Assembly (NCBI GenBank): GCA_013239625.1
Contig: MU054001.1
Location: 1,057,884 to 1,121,883 of the forward strand
Direction: 5' to 3'
DNA from: Lama guanicoe
Lineage: Eukaryota
Length of the DNA: 64,000 nucleotides
The notes under the pieces are model-generated. The model was not told the origin of the DNA, ran no database searches, and saw nothing but the letters and a program-made list of their open reading frames with translations. How positions within the stretch are numbered: the first letter of the stretch is position 1; each line of letters starts with the position of its first letter. A program made the translations under genes and the position numbers. Below, piece by piece: positions 13,339 through 24,270 of this stretch.

Positions 13339-13805
13339 TGTATTGGTTTCCTAGGACTGCCGTAACAAATTACCACAAATGAGATGGCTTAAAACACCAG
13401 AAATTTATTCTCCCATGGTTCTGAAGACTAGATGTCTGAAATTAAGGTGTTGACAGGGCTATGCTCTCACCAAAGCCCCTAGGGGAGAATTCTTTCCTGC
13501 CTCTTTCTAGTTTCTGGTGATTGTCAGCAATCTTCGGCATTCCTTGGCTTACACATGAATCACTCCAATCTCTGCCTCCATCTTCATTTCCCCTTCTTCC
13601 CCTCTGTGTCTTTTTTCTCCTCTTCTTTTATGGACACTTGTCTGACTGGATTAAGAGCCCACCCTACTCCAGTAGGAGGTGAAGCTCCAATATCAGTTTC
13701 GTCTTAATTAATTACATCTGCGATGGCCCTAGTTCCAAATAAGGTCATATTCTGAGGTTTGGGCAGAGACATGAATCTGAGGAAGAGATTATCTAACTGG
13801 ACACA
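13339..13805 (-). mobile_element. MLT1B/C-like LTR
   Basis: tgtattggtttcctaggactgccgtaacaaattaccacaaa...ggcttaaaacaccagaaatttattctc...ttccaaataaggtcatattctgagg. Confidence 0.8.
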
Positions 13806-15498
13806 CCCTGTATTTTTGTCTGTGTTGTTTTGTAGAACTTAACACATCTTAATTTGTCCTGTTTATTTTCCTTTTTAGGATCTGATTGCCCCACTAAAAT
13901 GTAAACTCCATGAGAACAGGGCCCTCGTCCCTCCAGCTTATCCTTTCCAGAACTTATCACAGTTCCTAGCACATGCAAGGCACTGAATAAATATCTGTTG
14001 CAAAGAGAAAGGGAGAAAGGAAGGAAAGAAAGGAAGAAGCACTTTCTGCTTTGACATTTTAAAGATAGTACATGGAAATCAAGAATGGTGATGCTAAGGA
14101 GGGGAAATCAAGAAAGCAGGGGCTTCCTACTAATGGCTGTTTAGGGACCAACCTTTTTATTTTCTTCCCAGAAGCTTCAGAATTGGCCAGCTGGGGCTCC
14201 TCGACAACCTCTCAGACCTCTTCATTCCTTTGACTCCTGGAAACCTGCCCTCAACCTGGTTAGCTAGAACAGCAGCTACCCAGCTAACCAGAAGAGTGGC
14301 AGAGAGATAAGGAAAGAAGAGGCACTCACCATACCTGTCCAGGTCACTCTCTGTGGCATTTTCTTCACATTGGAGGAGCGGTGTCCACTGCAAGGGCGCC
14401 CCTTTCTCACAACGGAGGATGCAAAGCCACTCTGCCACTCAGCTGCCTGCAGGTAACTGAGAGGAGTGGGCCCTGTGGGGACAGGAGTAAACTGGGGTGT
14501 GTCCAGGTAAATGGGTACGTGCCATGATCTCTAGGTGATTGTGCTCCTAAAGAAGGGTTTTGTATGTCTTCACCTTCCAGTTTTTCAAACCAACTCTGAG
14601 GTCCAGATTTTTAAATAAAATCACCTAATTAGCAAATGTTGGCAAGCAATTCAGTTTTTTTTTTTTTTTAAAAAAAGCTATGGAGACCAAACTGCCCACC
14701 ACTCCAAATGCCTATGATCTGAGGTGACTCTTGATTTGCAACCTCTGGTGCAACACAATTCCTGTTTGCCATTAAGAATCTGAAATTTCCAAACAATGTG
14801 GATGGTAACAAAGCAAAACTCTGGTCTATAAACTCATGCAGGTAAACTGAACCCCACCCCCCAAAAAAGGCAAGGGACAGGTCCAAACATTCATAGTTAA
14901 GACAAGCAAAGCAGAACACCACCCCCTGCCCCAACCTGGCCACTAGAAGGGATAATGGGTCCTTGACTAGCTATATTTTAACCCAAATCCTCTCCAAATA
15001 TTTGCATGAAGTGTGAGGATTAAGGGGAAGGGAAAGCCCAGCAGCCTGGCTGCCCCTTTCCTTCAGTCAAACCAGGGACTAGCCTTCCAGTATCCCCCTC
15101 CCAAACTCCCAGCACGACCTCCCCAAGTCCCCAAAAGACCCTGATCTCCCTCCTAGAGGAATCATGGTTAACAATATCAGATAATGGTACAGTGTGGGTT
15201 TTGCCAAGCAATCAAAGCTGCAGTTTCCCCTTCTCTAAGATAAAGACTAGGTTATACGCCAACTTGGTGCAAATTAGAGAAAAATGCTTTTCCTCCAGTG
15301 CAGCCCTGAGCCCAGGTACACAACTTGATGAGCACAGGACGGGACTTCAGACTCTCTTAGTTCCTCAGCTGGGTGCCCTTGTTCAGTGAGCATCCTGTAC
15401 AACCATATGTGGACACCCTAGGCTAGTCTCTCCCTTATAGGTCTGTTGTAAGAATTAAATGTGATACTGTGTGAATATGCTTAACACAATTATTTGGC

Positions 15499-15540
<42 letters not shown>

Positions 15541-15543
15541 TAA
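15499..15543 (+). repeat. (TAA)n microsatellite
   Basis: About 13 TAA units. Confidence 0.95.
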
Positions 15544-15757
15544 CTCAATATGTTATTTTTACCTTGAATTTTTTTACAAATAATAGAGAATGACACTGGT
15601 ACCCTAAACCAGTGCAGCTTTTAGGGTCCTCAGCATGATTTTAGATAGTGTGGATACAGAGAATTAATTAACATTACTGAATGGTGAGAAATATTCCCTT
15701 TTCAATTGCTTCACTTCTATAAAGATTCAGTATTTTACACTCAACACTTGCTATCTC

Positions 15758-15797
15758 CACACACACACACACACACCCACACACATACACACACACA
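15758..15797 (+). repeat. Imperfect (CA)n microsatellite
   Basis: cacacacacacacacacacccacacacatacacacacaca. Confidence 0.9.
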
Positions 15798-16239
15798 GGG
15801 ACCTCCAGAAGTCATTCCCAAGCAAGCAACATGACTAAATTGTATTAAGGTTGCTCAGTTTTAGTTGTGTTTATCTTTTACAATTTCTTTCTAGGGTGAG
15901 TAATAGCCGCTTTTCAATGGATAGTAATAGTATCAAGTTTTCTTTCCAAAAAACATGTATTTAAGTATTTAAAGTGAGTCAATGTAACGAAAAATATTAA
16001 ATAGTAGAGGTGGTAGTGGAAGGCTTGGGGTTTGCGGAACTCGACCCTACACAATTCCAGACAAGGCCAGATCTTAACGCCTCTGCTTTTAAACCAAAAG
16101 CTGTCAACTTTCATAGCATGAAGTTGGAAGAGAATGGGGTGATCAGTGCAAGTGTCTGATGGCCAGAGGTTCCCCTCTGGACTGCGTCTAGAACTGGGCT
16201 TTATGCCCTTCTGATTTTCCAGCGTAGGTTCCCTCAGAG

Positions 16240-19200
16240 CTCAATTCAGTTCACTCCCGCAGAGCTCCGGATTTTCATAACCTCTTGGAGAGGTGTGTCT
16301 GCGTCCGGGGTCCTGAGCTTTGCAGATCTTCTCTAGGAAGGACACGTCCCTCTAGAACGACTGGGTCCTCCATGTGGGCTGAGCCCAGGCGCGAGCAGGC
16401 TCCCAACGCCCGGGGGCCTGGGCGCAACCTTCCCTGACCAAGCGCGGTCACTGCGCGCTCCAAGATTAAGGCAGAGTGAGCAGGGCACCGTACACAATGC
16501 GGCCGTATTTGATCCTGCGACGTGTCACTCGGAATCGCAATTTATTGCCATTAGACGACGTTGTCAAGCATCAATTTCCTGGTGGTGCTCCATCAGAGGC
16601 CTCGAAACATCAGGGGAGGGGGGCTCTGAGGCCCCTGGGCTGAAGGCGTAAAGGAACCGTCACGAGCCAGGCGGGGGTTCCAGTAACGAGGCTTTAATGA
16701 GGGGAGGGCGGCCGGCCTTTGTGGGGAAGCCCAGGAGGTGGCGGCCCGACCGCGAGCTCTGCGAGATCACTTCCTTCCCCGGGCCCCAAGCACCGTGAAC
16801 CCGCTGAGGGCCAGCTGCAGCCACTAGACCGGGTGCCCACTGTGGGCACTCGTGGCCCCCGCCACCCTCGCCCGCTGGGAACTGCGGCAGGAAACGCAGC
16901 ATCTCCACGCAACAATGCAAACGCGCTCATTACCATCTCGTCAATATGCATGAAGAAAATGCGCTAGACTGGCCGAGCCCCATCACCCAGATCTGGCCTC
17001 GGCATCCAATAAAACGACATTTTCATCTCCCAAGATGGATGAGGAGGGGGCGCCGCCGGGAAGGCAGATCCACGGGGGGAGGGGACAGATCCTGGAGAGG
17101 AAGAGCAGAGGAGAACCCGAGAGACAGACCAAGAAATCGACGAAAGAAATACATAAGGATGAAAGAGAGGGAGGAAAGAAAGAAAGAACGAGAGCGAGGG
17201 AGAGGGACATAGTCAGGGTCAGGAAGAGGAAAAAAGAGACATAAAATAATGGAAGAGGGAGGGAGCAAAATTGAGAAAAGTGAACTTAAGAGTGGTCCAG
17301 AGGGAAACAAAGAAAACAGCCAATGAGGGAATGGAGGAAAGAGAATAAAAATCGATGACCTAGAAATCTAATATATAGAAAGTGGGAAAGACAGAAGGAT
17401 AGAGGAAAAACAAAGGAAGGGGAGGGGTGAAACTGCTCGAGTCAGGTGGAAAAGGATGATCCTGGAGAGGTGAAGAAAAATAACCTCACTTGCGCTGAGC
17501 GCCAGGTTTCCCAATCCAGGCCGTTCTGGGCGCTGCGCAACGCGGGCTGCTTGGAGACCCAGGGGCTCGGGCCAGGTGGGGACGATGCAGGGACGGAGTC
17601 GGGGAGCCAGGGGCCCGCCGGGCAGCTCTGCCCGGGCCGCATCGGGTGCCCAGGCCTGGCTGGGCGCCCACCCCGCGCTTCTTGGCCAGCCGCTGGCCGG
17701 GCCATTCGGGCAGCCTCTCCCTCGCCGAAAGCAAAGTTGGCAAAGTTTCTCCCAAAGTTTCTCCGTCGCTTCTCGGGACCCAGGGAGGGGCTCCGAGGCC
17801 CTGGCGGCTGGTAGGGAGCGGCAGCCCGTTCCAGGGCGGCTCTGGAGGCCACGGGCCCGCGCTTCCTGGGATACTCGGGGTCCGGATTCCTGGCCAGATA
17901 CAAATCCCTTCCAGTGCGGACACCAGGCCACGACTCGAGCGTCCACGCGGCTGCTAATAGCGGAGAGAGAGAACGCAGGAGAGAGAGAGGGAGAGAGAGA
18001 GAAAGAAAAAAATATTCTCAGCTCAATTTAAGTCTCATGGAAAGGGCTTACAACTGTAATTAAATCATTAAATTCTTGTCTACGCTTCACAGAGCGGAGA
18101 GAAATTAACTTCCCACCAACCTCATTTTCTATTTGAACATGAAATAATGATTTTCTGCCCGTCTAATTACAAAGCCAACATCTGATCAAGCCAGCATCCA
18201 GAGGGGATTATCGCATGCACGAGTATTAGACCTCATTACCAGCTTGAGTGCAAAATTATTACATCTTGTAATTGGATGGTGAGATTTATATACAGATCGG
18301 CCCGGTTTCTGTAAGATTGTAATTACAAGCTTCGTTGGTTAGCTACTTATCAGAACTTTGCAGGAAAACAAAACAAATGACTGAGGAAAACGAGCATTTC
18401 ATTAACCTGTAACCCGAGCGCGGGGGGAGGGAGCAGTGGGAGCGTGCGCCGCTGCGTCTGCAGGAAGCGGAGGGATCGCCAGCCCGCACTGCAGTCTGAG
18501 GACTTCGGGCCTGGCAGGGAAGGACAGGAGATGGGCCTTGGGGAGGCTTAGGGCTACAGCGGCGCCCCCGAGGGGACGCGTGGGTACCATGGGGCTGGAC
18601 GAGGAGGGGGCAGGGGCAGGGGCAGGAAGAGGGCCTGGTGGCTCCTGGCTTGTGTACAGCGAGCGGTGCAGCCCTTGAGTCTGGCGGGGCGCACGTCGAG
18701 CCGCGCGGCCCCAGGTGCGAGACCAGAGATCGCTGCTGTGCGCCCTAAGCGAGTGCTCTGGACACCCCCCGTGCATTTCTCACACCCTGGGTAGAGTTAG
18801 GAGAGAGTCTAGGGCAAGCTTCCGCAGGGCTTTGTGCTCTGGGAATGTTGGAAGAAAGCGAGATGATGGAGAAGAGTTCGCGTGCTGCGCTTTTTTGCGC
18901 GCATGCCTTTCCCAAATCAGCTTCCCCTGCACCTGCTTTTCCTCCCTGTGCAAGTGTCACTTGACCCTATCTCGTGGATTAAAAATCCCTGGGAAAGGCT
19001 TGGCTGTCCTCGGACCCGCGAGCTCAGTACAGTGCCGGGATCCACTGACACGGTGGAACTGGGGAGCCAGTGCCACGTCGGGGCTCGGCTGACTAGGGCT
19101 GAGTCCAGACGTGGGGCGTAGATTGCCCGGGCCAGGGCAGGGATGATCTCAGCTGGAGACTAGATTAGCGGAGAGGCTGCTTCTGCTTGGGACCTGGGGC

Positions 19201-19350
19201 GCCTGGAGGTATCTAACCGAGGCTGTTGGGTCCGCATCTGGATTAGCGGTTCACCTTCTGGGCCACGAGCGCCCCCGACCCGGCGTGGCTAGTTCACTGA
19301 GAACAGCCTCGCCCCTTCCGTAGCCTCTTTCCCGCCTCCCGCAGTCCGAC
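16240..19350. promoter_or_regulatory. Upstream satellite CpG-rich segments (about 16240-17060, 17480-17960, 18410-19350)
   Basis: Dense CpG blocks separated by purine-rich and AT-rich spacers. Confidence 0.7.
18030..18405. promoter_or_regulatory. Candidate highly conserved non-coding element / developmental enhancer
   Basis: AT-rich, non-repetitive island between CpG blocks with many TAAT/ATTA cores, GGATTA (18205-18210), palindrome TTGTAATTACAA (18317-18328), GATA and Fox-like motifs. Confidence 0.65.
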
Positions 19351-20949
19351 GCAGCCAGGTCGATAGCTGGTTAATGAGGACGGAAGAAGCATCTCTGGGG
19401 TTCCTTGTTCTCTCTTTTCCTTCTGGAAGAGGTGAGTTAAATAGCGGCCCAGCGCACTCCCAGTTTCCCCACCTCAAAATCTCGCTCTTGGCTCCTCCCT
19501 GGTCTGGTGCCACCACTTTGTACAAACTCTAGGATTTCAGGGCCGCCGAGGCTCTGGGTCTGACACCTAGGAAATACTCCGAGAAATAATGCTACCCTCA
19601 GTTTTGTAACCCTGACATTTTTCACGAGATGAGCCCATGATTCCCTATGCCACTTCGCTGAGATTTAACTGAAAACGAAATCAGGCGCCAGGGAAACATT
19701 TCAAAGCCAGAGCTTCCACTGATACCTCCTTTTCTGGGAAGACTCCAGCTAAAGCCAATGCCTGGCACCAGGCAAAAGTAGGTGGGGAGGGGCTAAGGGA
19801 AGTACTGTGACCCAATATGAGACTGTCCCACGTTAGTTTCCCCAATCGAACCCCAAACCTAGCTGCCCCCAAACTTTCCCTTGTGTTCCCCCCAATTTTC
19901 TTGGCCTTCACACCTACTGGAGCCGCCCACCTGCGTGAAAACTGGTGGAAAGAGGCAGGGAGTGGGGGTGGGGTCAAAACCGGGTGCTCGCGGGAGTTCA
20001 TTCCCGAATGAGGTTCCCCGGAGCTGCTGAGACCAGAGACAGCCGGGGCCAAGACTCCCCGATCCCTCCATTCTGGTGGAATTCGGATTCGATTCCTCTA
20101 TCAATCAGCACTCGGCGGCCAGTTTTCGCCTCCGAGCCGAGACTGGGAACTCCAAGACAGTCGTCGTCCCGGTGTTGCCCCCGGGGCGCTCCTGCTGCAG
20201 GCCTGGCCTGTGCGTAGGTTGCCGCAGCGGCCTAAAGCGTTTAGCCCGAAGCCGCCGCAATCCCGGGAATTTCCATTCTGCTGTCGGCTACACGCCTTAA
20301 TCTGCTAAAGTGGGCGCCCGGGCACTGGGATTTGGGGTTTGACTTAGGAAACATCCCACTATAAAACTAAGTCTTGCCTCCCTTCCATACGCGAGCGGTT
20401 GGGAGGATCCCTGCAGAAAGAAAACAGGTTGGCGCGGAGACCGGGAAGCAGAAGAGGTAGTGAAACGAAGAATCTCTACGGACCGAAAATTCCAATATAC
20501 AAACTTCTCCAAGAGCTCCCCGAAAGTTCCCGGAGCCTCCGCCACCCGGCTCCCTGCTCCTCCCCCATCCCAGGCCGGCTTAGGGCGCCGGCAGGCTCCT
20601 CTTTCCTACCGTCGTTCCCCAAGATCCCTGGGGCGTCTGCCCTTCAGCACCCCCACCGGCCGAACCCGCCATTTCTAATAAGGGTTTCGCACCCTGACAC
20701 CAGCATTAATGTGGTTCACTTCAGGGTTTGGTCCTCTAGAGTAGGGGGGCTGATTCGCTTCTCAGGGCAGTGAGATGGTCCTTGAAGACTCGACTAGAAC
20801 GCATCCCCATCACCCCTCTAGCACTCTTCAAACTCCCTCCCTATGCCGCTGAGAGTGGCCAGGAATCAAGAGGTGTGAGCTGGAAAGAGGGCCACGACAG
20901 AGCAAAGCCCCAGCGGCTGCCCCTGGACCAAGGTCTGGTCCCGACCCAG

Positions 20950-21797
20950 GCCCGCGTGCTGGGGCAGGGGCAGAGGTACCTAGAGGCGGGAAGCAGGAGG
21001 GGCGAGCTGACCCCGCACTAACCCCGGTCCCCGCGCTTCTCGCTCCCCCTCCCGCCCCGGGCCAGAGGGGGCGGGAAGGGACTCAGAGCGCCGCGGCTCC
21101 CGCCCCCACCCGCCCCGCCCCGCGCGCAGTATCCGCGGGGGTGGGCGGCCTCGCCTGCAGGGCGCCCGGCGATTGGCGACTCGAGAAGGAGACGCAAGGA
21201 AAAGTCGAATAAGAGGGCGCGACGTCAGACCCGAGATTTGGGGAAGGGCGAGGGAGGGGGTGAGGGCGGGGACGGACACACAGACGCAGATACGGACACA
21301 CACCCCCCGCACAGCACCCCAAGTGTCCACAACTTTTGGCCGCCTTCGCCCAGGGCGCAGAGGCCAGGGGTGGGAGTGTAATGTGAGTAGAGAGAAACAG
21401 ATTTTAAAAAGAAGGAAGAGTGAAGGGAACAGAAGGGGGAGAAAAGGGAATAGTGAGAAAGGTTAAGAAGGAGAAAGAAAAGAGTTTCCTAGCGTCCAAG
21501 AGAGTGAAAGAGCCCGAAGGAGCGGAAGCGATCCTGGGGGGAAGAGGAGCGCAGAGAGGGGAGGGGAGAGGAAGGGCGAGGAGGAGTAGTGAAAACTAGA
21601 GGAGAGCGAAGGAAGCGAAGCGCGACACTGCTCGGGGAGAGGAGGGCAGTGAGGAGCGAGGCGCGGGCAGAGGCACCTCCGCTGCCGAGAGGAGGGAGTG
21701 CGGCGCAGAGAGGAGGGGCTTGCGGGCCCGTAGAAATGTCAATCAGAGCCCGGAGCCCCGGGAATCTCCGCCAATCTGTTCGGACCTGACCTGGCTC

Positions 21798-21829
<32 letters not shown>

Positions 21830-21989
21830 GGAGCAGATCAATAGGCGAACGCGGAGCGCAGCGCAGCGCGGGAGGCAGCGCGGCCCCAGCCCGGCCCAGC
21901 CCCCGCTGCGCGCCGGAGCCCGCGGGCGGCGCTGAGCTGGGCGGCCCCGGGGGCCGGGCCCCCTCTCTGTCCGTGCCCCGCGGGCCACC
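20950..21989 (+). promoter_or_regulatory. IRX3 proximal promoter / 5' UTR region
   Basis: CpG-rich; GC boxes (CCCCGCCCC near 21114; GGGCGGGG 21264-21271), inverted CCAAT (GATTGG 21171-21176), CRE-like GACGTCA 21221-21227, CCAAT 21771-21775. The TSS cannot be determined from sequence. Confidence 0.75.
21801..21827 (+). repeat. (GCC)9 trinucleotide repeat upstream of the ATG (probable 5' UTR)
   Basis: Nine perfect GCC units. Confidence 0.95.
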
Positions 21990-22256
21990 ATGTCCTTCCC
22001 CCAGCTCGGATACCAGTACATCCGCCCGCTCTACCCACCCGAGCGCCCGGGGGCCGCCGCCGGCAGTGGCAGCGCTGGGGCCCGGGGCGGCCCGGGAGCC
22101 GGAGCCTCGGAGCTGGCCGCCTCGGGGTCTCTGTCCAACGTGCTCTCGTCCGTGTACGGGGCGCCCTACGCTGCGGCGGCAGCGGCGGCCGCCGCCGCCC
22201 AAGGCTACGGCGCCTTCCTGCCCTACGCCGCGGAGCTGCCCATCTTCCCGCAGCTG
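21990..22256 (+). CDS. IRX3: IRX3 coding exon 1 (89 codons, includes an Ala10 tract)
   Basis: ATG at 21990; ends CAGCTG|gtaagc, phase-0 donor at 22257. Confidence 0.97.
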
Positions 22257-24270
22257 GTAAGCGCCCCGGGAGCCGGGGCTAGGGGTTTGGGGCTGGGGCG
22301 CAGGACGAGGTGAGCGCGCGGGAGTAGACTATCAGGGCCCGGGCCGGGAGGGTGGAAGCGGCGACCGCCAGAACTCAATCTCGCTCCCTCCGCGCGTGTC
22401 TCTTGCTTCCCCATGTGCGTACAGGGCACGCAGTATGAGCTGAAGGACAGCCCGGGGGTGCAGCATCCGGCCGCGGCCACCGCGTTTCCACACCCGCACC
22501 CCGCCTTCTACCCGTATGGCCAGTACCAGTTCGGGGACCCGTCCCGTCCCAAGAACGCCACCCGAGAGAGCACTAGCACGCTCAAGGCCTGGCTCAACGA
22601 GCACCGCAAGAACCCCTACCCCACCAAGGGCGAGAAGATCATGCTGGCCATTATCACCAAGATGACCCTCACCCAGGTGTCCACCTGGTTCGCCAACGCG
22701 CGCCGGCGCCTCAAGAAGGAAAACAAGATGACTTGGGCGCCCCGCAGTCGCACTGACGAGGAGGGCAACGCTTACGGGAGCGAGCGTGAGGAGGAAGACG
22801 AGGAGGAGGATGAAGAAGACAGCAAACGCGAACTGGACCTGGAGGAGGAGGAGCTCGCGGGGGAGGAGGAGGACACCGGGGGCGAATGCCTGGCGGACGA
22901 CGATGAGGATGAGGAGATCGATTTGGAGAACTTGGACGGCGCGGCCGCCGGGCCTGAGCTGGCCCTGACTGGGGCGGCGCACAGGGACGACGACCTCGGC
23001 CTGGGACCCATTTCAGACTCCAAGAATAGTGACTCGGACGACAGCTCCGAGGGCTTGGAGGAGCGTCCACTGCCCGTCCTGAGTCTGGCCCCAGCGCCAC
23101 CGCCGATGGCCGCGGCTCCGCCATCTCCGCCCTCGCCCCCAGCGGGCCTGGACCCCTGCGCTCCTGCACCAGCGCCCGCTTCCGCCCTGCAGAAACCCAA
23201 GATCTGGTCCCTGGCCGAGACGGCCACAAGCCCGGACAACCCGCGCCGTTCGCCCCCGGGCGCGGGGGGTTCTCCCCCTGGAGCAGCGGTCGCGCCCCCA
23301 GCTCTGCAGCTCTCTCCGGCCGCCGCCGCGGCTCACAGACTCGTCTCGGCGCCGCTGGGCAAGTTCCCCGCTTGGACCAACCGGCCGTTCCCAGGTCCGC
23401 CGGCCGGCCCACGCCCGCACCCGCTCTCCCTGCTCGGCTCGGCCCCTCCACACCTGCTGGGACTTCCCGGAGCCGCGGGCCACCCTGCCGCCGCCGCCGC
23501 CTTCGCTCGGTCGGCGGAGCCCGAAGGCGGAACAGGTGACTGCTGAGTGCAGGATGCAAAGGGAGGGGGCGAGTCTGGGGGTCGTGCCCGGGCAGGCGGA
23601 GACTGGCAGGTCCCCGGGAGCGCAGGGTGCTTACCACTCGGCGCCTGCCTCCCGCGGCCATGGGTCCCGGAATGGAGACTCTAAAGGCCCTGCTTTTTCT
23701 TCCCCGCTTCCCACAGATCGCTGTAGTGCCTTGGAAGTGGAGAAAAAGTTACTCAAGACAGCTTTCCAGCCGGTGCCCAGGCGGTAAGAGACCCCGAGCT
23801 GGGGTAGGGTGGTGGGAACGGCAGGCGGGGGAAGGAAAGAATGCGGAGGAAACTCGGGCTTCTGCCCCCGGGGGAACACAGCTAGGTCGAGCTTTTAAAA
23901 GGGGGCGAAACACACTCCAGCGTTGTCCCCGGGGGCCCAGAGATGGCTCGACAGCCCCAGTCCAGGCACTCTCAGGCCAGGCCCTTGGAACGGGCAGCGG
24001 TTCTGTGAAGCCCACCTTCTTCCAGCCTCGGACTTCAAGGTCCTCCCGCCCATCTTACAGTTAAACCGGAAGACCAACATCTACAGCTGGACCTCATTTC
24101 ACATTGAGACGCCTCCCTGCCCCCGGCCTCAGCCCTGGGTTGGGTCTCCCAGTCCTAGGCAGCTTCGGTGCCCCTCACTCTCACTTCCTTTGCTACCACT
24201 GCCTCTCTCTTCCAGGCCCCAGAACCACCTGGACGCAGCTCTGGTCTTATCGGCTCTCTCCTCATCCTAG
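21990..24270 (+). CDS. IRX3: Iroquois-class TALE homeodomain transcription factor IRX-3, join(21990..22256,22425..23535,23717..23783,24216..24270), 499 aa
   Basis: Kozak GCCACCATG at 21990. N-terminus [19 protein letters not shown] homeodomain, acidic tract, IRO box [13 protein letters not shown] and C-terminus [25 protein letters not shown] are all characteristic of IRX3. Exon lengths 267+1111+67+55=1500 nt with consistent phases. Confidence 0.98.
22425..23535 (+). CDS. IRX3: IRX3 coding exon 2 (homeodomain, acidic region, IRO box)
   Basis: Acceptor tcttgcttccccatgtgcgtacag|GGC; donor ACAG|gtgact (phase 1); matches ORF 22413..23546. Confidence 0.97.
22536..22724 (+). other. IRX3: TALE homeodomain-coding segment of IRX3
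   Basis: [66 protein letters not shown] loop and WFANARRR helix 3 are typical of Iroquois proteins. Confidence 0.97.
23193..23231 (+). other. IRX3: IRO box motif
   Basis: Encodes [13 protein letters not shown]. Confidence 0.93.
23717..23783 (+). CDS. IRX3: IRX3 coding exon 3 ([23 protein letters not shown])
   Basis: Acceptor ttttcttccccgcttcccacag|AT; donor AGGCG|gtaaga (phase 2). Confidence 0.95.
24216..24270 (+). CDS. IRX3: IRX3 coding exon 4 ([17 protein letters not shown])
   Basis: Acceptor cctctctcttccag|G; TAG stop at 24268-24270. Confidence 0.95.

Larger units (their letters stand above)
19980..23950. promoter_or_regulatory. Large CpG island covering the IRX3 promoter and gene body
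   Basis: Visibly high GC and abundant CpG compared with the CpG-depleted flanks (not computed). Confidence 0.85.

Noticed and set aside
22413..23546. 377-aa single-exon ORF as a stand-alone gene
   Set aside because: It is IRX3 exon 2 extended by 12 intronic bases at the start and 11 at the end; canonical splice sites explain it
22711..23661. 316-aa antisense ORF over IRX3 exon 2 (also 22332..22982 and 21489..22202 on the minus strand)
   Set aside because: Expected from stop-codon scarcity in GC-rich coding and CpG-island DNA; low-complexity Arg/Gly/Pro translation with no recognisable domain
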